Assembly: GCA_002269645.1 (NCBI GenBank)
Contig: NIVC01003619.1
Span: forward strand, 23,129 to 87,128
Length of the DNA stretch: 64,000 nt
Direction: 5' to 3'
From: Macrostomum lignano
Lineage: Eukaryota
Position numbers and translations under genes: made by a program
Notes under the pieces: model-generated
Database searches by the model: none
What the model was told of the DNA's origin: nothing
Seen by the model: the letters and a program-made list of their open reading frames with translations, nothing else
Part shown: piece by piece, positions 34,549 through 46,500 of the stretch
How the letters are laid out: each line of letters opens with the position of its first letter
Numbering within the stretch: position 1 is the stretch's first letter

Positions 34549-37500
34549 ATGGACAAACAATGTCAAGTAAGTAAAACTTGCTTGAGCTGCAAAAAACCAA
34601 ATATTCCACCTTGGGGAAATTTTTGTGGCAAGTGTAAGTTGCAAGACAAGTTTCCAATCAGCTGCAATGTCTGTGGTGGTGGAGCAAAACTTAAAGCATG
34701 CAGCCATAGTCCAGCAGATTACTGGTTGAAAACATGTCAAATTGATGGCTGTATGGAGTCAATCAGCCTAGATGATGTGATTTGTATTGCATGTGGTGCC
34801 GACTGCAAATTTAGTGTGATGTTACCAGTGGCTACTGGTACTAGTGCAATTCAACTTTCTTTGCCAGCATCTGCTGCTGGTGATGAAGCAGCAATGAGCA
34901 GCCAATCTGGCTCAAATATAAGCTCCAGCAAGCAAGACCCTAGCATGTTAGCTTTTGAGAAGACGTTGGATATGGACTTATCGGCTGCCATAGTTGCTTC
35001 TGAGCAATCCGGTGGAATGAATGTACAGAAGACTCATACCACTATGAGTGATGCTGAGCAGACTCAGACCATGAGCGATGCTGAAAAGACTCAAGCCACC
35101 GTGAGTTATGCCGAGAAGACTCAAGCCACCATGAGTGATGCCGAGAAGACTCAGACCATGAGTGATGCTGAGCAGACTCAGACCATGAGCGATGCTGAAA
35201 AGACTCAAGCCACCGTGAGTGATGCCGAGAAGACTCAAGCCACCATGAGTGATGCCGAGAAGACTCAAGCCACCATGAGTGGTTCCGAGAAGACTCAAGC
35301 CACCATGAGTGGTTCCGAGAAGACTCAAGCCACCATGAGTGATTCCGAGAAGACTCAAGCCACCATGAGTGATGCTGAGAAGACTCAAGCCACCATGAGT
35401 GATGCCGAGAAGACTCAGACCATGAGTGATGCTGAGCAGACTCAGACCATGAGCGATGCTGAAAAGACTCAAGCCACCGTGAGTGATGCCGAGAAGACTC
35501 AAGCCACCGTGAGTGATGCCGAGAAGACTCAAGCCACCCTGAGTGGTTCCGAGAAGACTCAAGCCACCATGAGTGATTCCGAGAAGACTCAAGCCACCAT
35601 GAGTGATGCTGAGAAGACTCAAGCCACTATGAGTGATGCTGCGCAGACTCAAGCCACCATGAGTGATGCTGCGCAGACTCAAGCCACCATGAGTGATGCT
35701 GCGCAGACTCAAGCCACCGTGAGTGATGCCGAGAAGACTCAAGCCACCATGAGTGATGCTGCGCAGACTCAAGCCACCGTGAGTGATGCCGAGAAGACTC
35801 AAGCCACCATGAGTGATGCTGAGAAGACTCAAGCCACCATGAGTGATTCTGCGCAGACTCAAGCCACCATGAGTGATGCTGCGCAGACTCAAGCCACCAT
35901 GAGTGATGCTGCGCATACTCAAGCCACCATGAGTGATGTTGAGAAGCTGAGCCATGCGCAGCTATCAAGAAAGGGAAGTAGCTCCCGTAGTCGAGACTCT
36001 CTCATGCAAACCTCGGAAACTGAAAATGATAGCAATCCGACTTCTTCCAAAAATAAGTGTTCAGAATCCAAGTGTCCTGAAGCTCCAACTCTTCCGGCAA
36101 GTGAGACCGGTGGCGAACCGAATTCTTCAGTCAATTGTGACCAACAAAGACGCTCTTATTCAAGTGTAGCTTCGTCAAAGCAGCCTTCTACTGAAAACTC
36201 GAGCACACGCGCTGCACCGCAGCGGCTTCTATATCAAGTCTACATAGACCAGTTAACTACCGCTGGCGAGGAGCTGATGCCTGTAAATTTTTGCTGCACT
36301 GCCTGGCAATCTGATCTTAGCCGTGGACACCTGGATCTTGTTTTGAATATAAATCACACCAGAGGTGTATCTGAAGTGCTCTGTAAAAACGTATTCAACA
36401 CTGAACGAATTGATGATCAATTAAAAGTGGTTCATGCAGAGCTTCTGCTACCAAAAAATTCTGTTATCAATGGCCAAGTCAGCTACGTGTACACGCTTGC
36501 TACTTCACGGATGAACACTGGTCAGAGCAGCAGCGATTTGCTGGAAGTTTTACCTAGTGCATTGATACCGCCAAAGCGCACGGTCTTCAGCCTTGATTCA
36601 GAGACAGTAACTCAGCTCGATGGTCACCTGTGGTTTAAGCTCATACAAGAACGTCCATCATTTATTTCGACGTCGTTAGAGCATTGTATTAATTTTTGTT
36701 TTAATCGATTGGAGATACCCAGCTCGCGGTTGGATCTGTTCCAATGCCTGTTTAAGTCCTTGGACAGGCATATTCGCCATGACAAGAATTCATCAAATCT
36801 GGTGAGAACTTGTGTTTAAAAGAATAAAATATCGATTTTTTTCAGAATTTTATATGTTCATCGAATGCATGTAGTTATCTAAACCTACCAGCCAGGATTC
36901 TTATCAGTAAGTTTGAGTAAGATTTCTTACAAATACCCTACTCATTTTTCCCTTTAGTTGTGTAAGAATTTGCTGTCTTCTATGCTATCAGCGACCGGTC
37001 AGCAGTCTCCATACCAACCGGTTTCCAAAGCCAAACCCCTTGAGCAGCAGTGGCAGCAGTGGACAAACAACCTGGAGCTACTACACTTCGCCGAAAAAGC
37101 AAAAGCTGCGCCATTTTTTCATGGCTCTTATAGCCTAAGGAGTGACGAAGTCTCTGCGTTGCTGGAGCGAATCCTGCCGCCAGAAAAGCCATGCAGCTCG
37201 ATGCTCTCTGGATTGACTATGGGTTCTAAGAAGTGAGTGAGAAATGAGAAGCTTTCAAGCTTTTTGATGCGCTCAAGTTCCTGAATACGAAACTTTAGCC
37301 ACTCTGCTTGTCCTGATGACTGCTGCTGTCTTAATGTAAGTATAATACAGAGTCTTGATACATGTGTCTCTGCACTGATGAACATCTGATGTCAGACGAT
37401 AAATGTTGAGTGCTGGCTCACTAGGCCAGAGCCAACCTCTCCTTTCCTCTCAACTCCTGAGTCGACTTCAGTCATTTGGCTAGCAACCAAATGAAACTTT

Positions 37501-40500
37501 TGGTAACAGTGGTCAACTGAATGGCATAACTGTTTGCCTCCTCACTGGCTTCAGGCTGCATGGCCATTGTTATAGACAATATTTACTTCTTACTTAGGGA
37601 TTATAAGCTAATCTCTCTCTGGTAAATTTTAACGGCTTATTTTCTGGTTTATTCCAGTTTATGATGCCTCAGTGGCTTTTTGGCTGTCTCTTCTTGCATA
37701 CTGTCATTGCGTTTTTTCCTCCTCATTTGTTAGGCACCCAGGGGTAAGCGCTGCGGAGGCCTGGTTTAATGGCATCCTCAGCGACGCCAGCAACTTCCGG
37801 CCAGAGTACCTGCTGCTCCTGCCTGCCTATCACATCCTGCTCTTTGGCGAAGAGTTTCGCAGCAGCGAAGGCATTCCCCTGAAGCGAGAAACTTTTCTGG
37901 ACCTGCTGAAGACAAACAGGGGCGACAGTCTGTTCGAGTGGTGCGGCTTGACGAAGCAGTTTTACAGACTCGCCAGTCAGTGGGGGTAAGCGTCAGCGTG
38001 CACTAACGCCTAGTTTAGTACTTATCCAACCCAGTGAAGGTCTTCTACTATTTTTGGTTAATGAAAAATATTTCTTGCTGGTGTCTTATTTTGTGGAACT
38101 GTGACCCAAAAATAGCATTTAACAAATTCTTAACTCATTTCTAATTGATTTTACTTTCAACTAGTAGCGCCTGTTGCTACCCTTCTTCACAAGTACAATT
38201 GTGGATGATAAAATTTCTTCCTTATTAAGCTATCTCGTTTCCTTTTCCTAACCTTCTCGATGGATCAGCACCCATTTATTAGATAAGTATTGTTCTAAAA
38301 TTTAATTCAATCAAATATTTAAAAAACTGCAGGACCAAGGTCAGCCAAGCTATCGAATACGTGAAGACGCAGCTTTTACAGTACCGGCTGGTCGACCCGT
38401 TCATCCCGCGTTGCTACGCCGCCTTCATGGGTCTGCGGCTGTTTGACGCCGACCTGGAGCCCGCTGATTGGCTGCCCGCCAGCGTGAAGCTCGCCCTGAT
38501 TGGCTACAACCTGGCCCAGCCGCCGCCTGGCACCACCGACTTTGGCTTCAAGGCGTCGCTGCCAGAAAAGCATTCGGCTTTCGGCGTGAGTCAATCGCTT
38601 TAAAATATTGGGGCAGTCGCGAGCTATAATTTTATCATTCTTTAGCGATTGCACTTGTGAGTAAAGTTAGGATGAAGTTAGGAACTCAGCACTTGGCGGC
38701 TAGCCTTGCACTTGCGATTGTAGCTAGACAACAAAATTCAACGAAGGGTATCGCGCAGTCTACTCTTGTGAGCTACTATATTTATTCTCAATATAATATA
38801 TGGCGGGGTTGACACAAGCTTTAGCGGGGGGTTGTAAGTGTGCATGACTTGCCATCTACGTTATAACAAATCAATGTGAAGGCGGTGAGAAAAGGTGGCG
38901 TGAGGCGCGGAGGGGGGCAGGTGCAATAGGCGAAGCATGAGTAATAGTAAAAGTACAGACATACAATTAACGATTTTGAGTCAGTGCAGTCGTACTCATA
39001 AAAAGATGCAAAGAAAACCTTTACTCTTCAATCCATAGGATTTGTACACAAATCATCCGGGGCTCACACTGGGGCAAGAAATTGGGACAAAGCATCCGAT
39101 ATGCCTATCTCATCCTCACAACGTATTGCAGATCTTCTACAACACTCTGTCAGCCCAGTTGGAGTCCTGCTCTGAAGCTTCAGCAGCAACCGAGCTGCAG
39201 CTCTGCCTGGAGCTGCATTGCCAAACTTTCGAGATTCTCTGCAAGCGCGTCTCTGAAAATGGCCACAAGCCTCTGTCCAAGCATTTGAAGCGTCCAAACG
39301 ACACAATCAGCTGCCTGCTGGCCGCCGTGAATCTCACAATTGTTCTGTGCAAGTCGATCTCCGATGGCGTGGCTGAGTCAGCTGCCGGGAAGAAGGTTGT
39401 TGCGCAGCTCACGCTGCTTGAGAACGACGTTTTTCGAAGTGAGGACAAAGGCGATCCGTCAACTGTTGAGGTTAGCAAATTTTCTCATTCTCAATCTCAA
39501 TAACTCAACCCGCGATCTGACTCATACATACTTTGACTGCTGCTTTCTCTAGCTGCTCTCCCAGCTGTATAGCACCGTGAAAGACTGCAAGTCAAGCCTG
39601 GCAGAGCCCTGTCGCGCTGCACTGGACAAGCTTGTGGACTGTCTGCTGTACAAATCCGATTTCGTGAGTTGAACAGTTTGGCTTATTCAGAAGTCCTTAT
39701 GAAGTGCTGGATTTTAGCAATAGGAAGTGCCCCTAATTCTCATAATTTCAGGACAGCGTACTCAACCTACTGGACAGCAAGCACCTCCGCACCGAGGCTC
39801 TGCAATCAAGCGTGTCTGGCGTGGCAGTGAACAAGATCACAGCTTCGTCAAACTCAGAGGTTTGTCCTTAAACATCTGATATTCCTCGGGTGGACAGCTC
39901 AGCCACCGAACAAGCATTACTCCCGCAGGGTTCAGTGGTTTCCTTCTTTCGCCGGCTGCTCAGTTCGCCAAGTACCGAGCCGCTCAGAAAGATCGGCCAG
40001 CTGTGTTTCACTCAGTTTCGCCAGGTGGAGCCGGGCCCAAACTCGCACTTGCTGTTTGCCCTGTCCTGGAAGCTGTGCAGGCAGTTGGTCTGTCACCAAG
40101 GTAAGCTGAGCTTTCAGCCTTGATATAAAAATAATTTCTGCTATCTCGTGTTAATGAGCTCCAAATAATTTCAGACTACAAGAAGCTGAAGAGCAAGATG
40201 GAGTCGGATTTTGCCAGCCTGCTGAAGCAGTGTCTGTCGGCAGTGCGCCAGACTCTCAAGGAGCTCTGCCAGGCCCCACAGGCGACGCCGATGGACACCG
40301 CCAAGCTGCTGATTGGCAAGCAGGCCGAGCTGCTGGAGTATCACCGGGAACTGGACAAGCAGAAGCGGCTGAAAGGCGTCAAGGCTAGGGATTCGCAGCT
40401 TCGCGCAGCTCTGGAAACTTTCAAGCAGCAGATCTGCGTCATCGACTCTGGAGTGGAGGAGTTGCGTCACTTTGCTGGTCTCTGTGCTGACAAGCTGGAG

Positions 40501-43500
40501 CCGAAGTACTGTAAGCCGGCACTGTTGCAACTCTTTGAATGGCATTCATAAACTATAAGGTTGAGGTCAAGTAGCACGCTTGAATATGTAACAATGGTTC
40601 CTTGGTAGTTGGTTCAATATTCTTTCCAACGCGTTTCGGTGCGTCATGGACCATCGTCAGGGTCGATTGCGCCTTTTGGAAACGCACTAGAATACAAGTT
40701 TTGTACCAGCTTTCTTGTTCTGTGGTTCAGAGCATTTCCTACATTGGAAAAAAATAACTACACCTACCCCAATGGGCAGCTATTGTGCGGCGCATCTGAA
40801 GGCACATGTTGTTCCGACTGGGTCGAGAATCGAACCCTTGACCTTTCAATTGTGAGTCTGGCGTTCAAGACTCGGGGTTGTGTAGCCTATTGGAAAAAAA
40901 GGTCAGCTATCCAAGACACATTCTCTGCTGCAACGGTTGATGTGACAGTGAAAAACTAACATTTCAGAGTTATTGATCATGCAAAACTTTACATACTTAA
41001 CATACTTGAATCGATATACATCAAGATTCCAAGAACCAAAAAACCAAGCCTAAATTTCCAGCTCATTCACAGTGGTGCAGGCCATATTGTTCTAAGTGGA
41101 GGCCTCTACCTGCGTGCCCGCCTATCGATAACCAACTTCTGTCCATTGTACTCAATCTGCCCTCGATCTGCCCTTGGACTGGACAGACATATTTTTATCA
41201 TGTATTCTGGCGCGTGTGCGAAATGCACAATTGATCTAGAAGGAATAATGAACCAACTTATGTTGATTTTCACCTTTTCATTACCTATAGGATTTAAATA
41301 GGCCTCTGGGATTAACTCAAAACTGTGTTGGCATTGCTTGCGAGCTGAGAGTATACTTAGCAACAACGAAAAGTCGCCATCACAGAAGATTCCGTCTGTG
41401 GTCGCCACTTTTGAGATGGCAGGTTAAGTCTCTCAATCTTTGCGAGTGACGCAACTCAGCTACGCCGCGGCAGACTTGAGTTGAGGAATGATGTGGGGCG
41501 AGCGGTGTGCGAGGGTTGGACGGATTTAAGCTGCCCCGATGAGTTTTCTTTTATCTTTTATATTTCAGAATAGTCCAAGAGAAATTGCTCACTGGCGCAT
41601 AGAGTGGCGACTTTTCAGTGTTGCTGAGTGTATGTCAGAAAGTTCGGATTCGACGGCAGCCTGTATAAATCTTATCCAACACCCGCAGTACTCCCTCTGA
41701 AAATTTTCTTTTTTAGACGACATTGCGGCAGTGCGCAAGCCTTTGGCGGCTCTGCAGCGCATGCGAATCGGCGATCTGACGGTGCAACAGGCGGGCGAGC
41801 GTTGGGCGCTGCAGCTTGTAGCCTTCGGAATCGACGAGAAGCATCGGAGCCTGCTGGCCAACATTCGAAAGTCGGGATTCTTCAGCCGCAGCGCCAGCTT
41901 TGCCGAACTCCTTCGCTCTCGCGTTCGCAGCCGCTACTGCGGCCTGGATGACCGTATTGAAGCTGAGGAGGTCGCGATTGAGGAAATTGTGCTTGAAGAG
42001 ACCGCTGAGGCTGCTGAGGAGACGGCTGCGGAGGAGCAGTGCCTGGACGCTAACGCGCTGCTGGACACGATCCAAGCAGCCGTGGCTGAATGGAAGCGCC
42101 AAGTGAAGCTGCTAAAAGATGAGGACATGACGGTCGATGCTGCCAAGCGTTTCCTTGGCGACGAGATTTTCCAGGACGCTAAAAAGCTTGAAGCAGAACT
42201 GGTGACTGCGGGACTGATAAAGAGAGAGGTCGACAGTCTCAGACGCAAAATCAACTTCATCCGCAGCAAGACTAAGAATGATCGGCTGTGCGCTGCTCTG
42301 TGCACTATCTACCAGAACTACAGCATTGACATGGACGACAAGCTCAAGGACCTCACAGAGGTGGAGGCGACCGCGGATACGCTGAAGTTCAAGGACATCC
42401 GGGTCAGCAAGTTGGAGGCGAATGAACTGCTAAAGGACATGCTGCGCGAGCCCATGCTGCTGGAAGTCCTGGAAGCCTTCGGGAAAGCTCACGAGCTGGT
42501 GAAGTGGACTCGGCAACACCTGAAGAAGGACGATCTGAAAACTTTCTTCGACCTGGCCATGATTTACACAGGTGACGCAGGCGCGATGGAGCAGGCCAAG
42601 ATCGAGTGCTTCTACCAGGCTGTTGTCGGCTTCGAGCCTTTGATCTACGACCTGCTGAGCTGCGATGGCCAGGTGACTCTGCAGCAAATCCAACAGAACT
42701 CTCAGCGGGTGCTGAAGCCGTGCCAGGCCTGCGCGAAGGCCTGCCAGCCCGGCGCCAAGGACTGCCAGAACTGCCTGCTGGTGCAGCATCTCTTGGACTC
42801 AAGCGATCGCGTTGACTGGCTTCAGGAGGTCAACTCCAGCAAGGGCACCGTGGAGCGGAGCACCGTCAGCAGGGTGAAGGCTGTTGCCACAGCCGGCAAG
42901 CTGCGAGTGCGGGCCCGGGACCCCACCGAGTTCGAGCTGGAAATCGACGGCCGGACCCTGGCTTTGGAGGACGTGCAGGACTTGCAGTCGAAGCTCATGC
43001 TGATCATCGGCCAGTCGGACGCTGACCAGGCCATGTTCAACAGCTTCATCGAGCTCACCAATCTGTTCGCCAGGCTGGTCAGCCTGTGCGATGGCCTGGG
43101 CAGCGACTGCTGTCCTCTGTTTGAGAACCTGACAGTCGAGGCCCTGCTCAAGCCAGGCTCGGTAGACAATCTGACTCTGAAGCTGAGTCAGCGCCTGCGG
43201 CCTCGCTCCGACCGCTTCACCGTGGCCGACCCGATTGACGGCATCCGGCAGGCCGTGGAGTTCCTGCTAACCTGCCGGGAGGAGTGGCAGCAGCAAGTGG
43301 CAGCGGAGCGGCGGCAGCATCCCGTGCTCAACCTGTTCGGCGCCAGGCAGCTGCGGTTCCTGCAGACTCACCTGGCCGAGGAGCTGCTCGAGCAGGACCG
43401 GCCGTGTCCCAGCCTGCTTCACCTACTGCGGTTCGCCGTCCCCAATGCTACAGCCGAAGAGGCAGTCACGACCCTGCAGGCAGTGCTGGGAGCTTCCACT

Positions 43501-46500
43501 GACTCAGCGATCGAGTCTCCCTGTGCGTCTCCATGCGAATCGGCTCCGTCTTATGCAGCCGGCGTGGCCGAGGTCCTGACGCCTGTGTGGCGGCGCTTCC
43601 TGGACGGCACCGGCGGGCAGCTCGCGAGCTTCCGGTCGCTGAGTTTCAGTCAGCTGGCGCAGTTCCTGAATAACTTGGAGGCTCCTCGAATGTCGCCTTC
43701 GCTGGCTCCGACGCCGCTGTCGATGCTGCCTCTGCCCGGGCTGACTGCCGTGTCGATGCCGGAGGGCCAGCAGCTGCTCACCTGCTTGGACGCATTTCGC
43801 CTGGCCTTCAACCGACTGCCGCTGCCCGCTGAGGTTCTCTGCTGCAGCCGCACAACTGAGCGAGAGGAGCTGCGTCTCTTTCTCGACCGGGCGCTGAGCC
43901 CTTCGGCTGCTGGCCGCCCCGACCGTCTGTTCGTGTTGCTATGGGCGGAACGGCTGCCCTATGAGCTCAGCTGCTACGCTGAGTCGCATCTCACGCAGTT
44001 GCTCAACCAGTTCAGTTCGGGCGCCTCCTCTTCCAGCCGACTGCTGGCTGTGCTCACGGAAGCCGGACGCCGCTCCGGCGGGCCTCTGTGCGCCGCCCTC
44101 GGCCATTTCGTACAAGACGCTGTCCGCGTGCCTTCGGAGCGGGAGGTTGTGGCGTGGGCGTGCGGCCAGCTCGGAGGCGCTGAGTCGGCGGCGCAGGTTA
44201 CGCTGGTGACGTCGGCGAGGCCCGGCATGGGCAAGTCGCTGCGCTGCCAGCGCCTGGCCGGGCCGGCCAAGCCGCGGATTTTTTCCTGGCATGCCGCCAC
44301 GTTTGAGCCGAACCGGCTGTACGAATTTCTGTGCTCAGCGGACGCGACCGACAGCGAAGCGGCAGTGACGCGCAGGGTGTTTCACCTGGACATCGCCAGG
44401 GAGGTTCGCGAAGACCTGGACGAGGCGCTGGCTCAATTGCTGCTTCTCGGTGCCCTGCGGAGCTCCAAGGGCTTCGTCTGGCGGCGGTCGCCCCGCGACG
44501 TCTTTCTGCTGGAGCACTCGCCGCTGCGGCTCGGCGCGCTGCAGACCATCCGCTTCCTGCCCACCGTCCGCTGCGTCACGCCGGCGGAAACCCTCGGCCG
44601 CATGCGCGCCGGAGCCGCGTCCGGGTCCGATGGCTGCTTCTGGGACGAGCTGAGCCTCGCCGATGACTGGATTCAGCGGCCGGCGCGCCACCTTCTGCGA
44701 CAGGTGAACGCTGCTCCCGTCACAGCTGTGGCGGCCCTAGAAACGCTGAGTGACAACTGCGGCCTCCGCGACCCCAGCTGGCTGGAGCTGGCCACCTTCT
44801 GCCGCTTCCTCGATCGCCAGCTGCGCGACTTCGAGGAGTCAGACTTCTGCAGCGCCGCGGCCCAGGAGGACCTGCCGGGCTTTCGCCAGTTCGTGGTGGA
44901 CTCGATGCTGCTCATGGCGAAGGACTTCGCCACCCGGTCGCTGCGCATTGCCGACGAGAGCGCCAGCGCGGGCACCGGCCGGGCTGCACAGGAGGAGGAC
45001 GCCGGGCCGGAGCGGATCGAGCAGTTCGCCCTGCGCCGCCACTGGGAGGACGAGGACCACCCCTACCTGTTCTTTAACCACGACTGCACCTTCTCCTTTG
45101 TTGGCTTCTCCGTGGACGCGGCCGGCAACCTGATCGGCGTGGCCACCGGGCAGGTGCTGCGCCGCGGTGTCATGACCCAGGCCCTGGTGCAGGCCCTTGT
45201 GCGAAACCGCGCGCCTCTCAGCGACAACTTCGAGAACCGCAGCCGGACGGACAAGCTCGACTGTCTGCGCCGCATTCTCGGCTCCGAAAACACGGCCGAT
45301 CCCGACCCATCCTACGAGCTGACAGCGGACAACGCGCGCAAGATGCTGGCGGTGTACATGCGCTTCCGCTGCAACCTGCCGGTGGTTGTCATGGGCGAGA
45401 CCGGCTGCGGCAAGACTCGCCTGGTCCGCTTCCTGGCCCGGCTGATGCTGCCGCAGAGCGCTGAAGGCGTGGACAACATGCTGGTGCTGAAGGTGCACGG
45501 AGGCACCACAGAGCGGGCCATCGAAGACGCCGTCCGTCGGGCGGAGAGGCTCGCCCGCAAGAACAGCCGCTTGGTGCCGGGCCTGTTCACGATTCTGTTC
45601 TTCGACGAGGTAAACAGCACCAATGCTGTCGGCCTGATCAAGGAGGTCATGTGCGACCGCCGCCTGCACGGCCACCCGGTGGACCCCGACGGCTGCCTGC
45701 GCTTCGTGGCGGCCTGCAACCCCTACAGGCGGCACACGGACGAGATGATCGACCGGCTGGAGAGCAGCGGGCTTGGCTACCGGGTGCGCAAGGAGGAAAC
45801 TGCCGACCGCTTCGGCGACCTACCGATGCGCCACCTGGTTTACCGGGTGCGGCCAATGCCGCTCAGCCTGGTCAGTCTGCTGTGGGACTTTGGCAGCCTG
45901 TCCAGCGAGGCCGAGAGCCAGTACGCCCTGCGGATGCTCAAGTCCGGCCTGCCCACCGAGGCGCGGACGCACGCTGACGCCGTGGCCGACGCCGTCTGCG
46001 AGTCGCAGCGATTCATGCGCGGCTTCAGCGACGAGAGCCGCTTCGTGTCGCTGCGGGAAGTCGACAAGGCGCTGCGGGTGATGAACTGGGCGTTCGGCTA
46101 CCGCAGACTCCATGCAGCTCACAGAGAGCCTGCCGTCAATAAGATTACCTGCGCGCTCATTGTTGCCATGTCCGTCTGCTACCTGAGCCGCCTCAGCGCT
46201 GCCTTCAAGGATGATTATATAAAGCTACTCGCGAAGCTGCTGCGGCGCCACAGCTGCTTTGACAACCTTCGCCCCTTGCAGATCGAAGAGCTGCTGAAAC
46301 GGTGCCAGGAGGTGTTTATCAGCAACGAGGTGCCCCTGCCGCCGGGCATCTCCAAGAACGGCGCTCTGCGCGAGAACGTGTTCATGATGGTGGTGTGCAT
46401 CAGCCTGCGCCTGCCGCTGTTCCTGGTGGGCAAGCCGGGCAGCTCCAAATCCCTTGCCAAGACCATCGTGCGCAGCCGCATGCTGGGCCGCAACTCCGCC

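Noticed and set aside
40815-40887. Functional tRNA-Val(CAC) gene
   Set aside because: No D-arm or A-box, and the anticodon and T stems are mismatched; kept only as a tRNA-derived remnant.
41106-41408. Minus-strand 100-aa ORF near the hammerhead, considered as Penelope GIY-YIG or RT coding sequence
   Set aside because: No GIY-YIG or RT motifs; the opposite strand more plausibly encodes RNF213-like exons.
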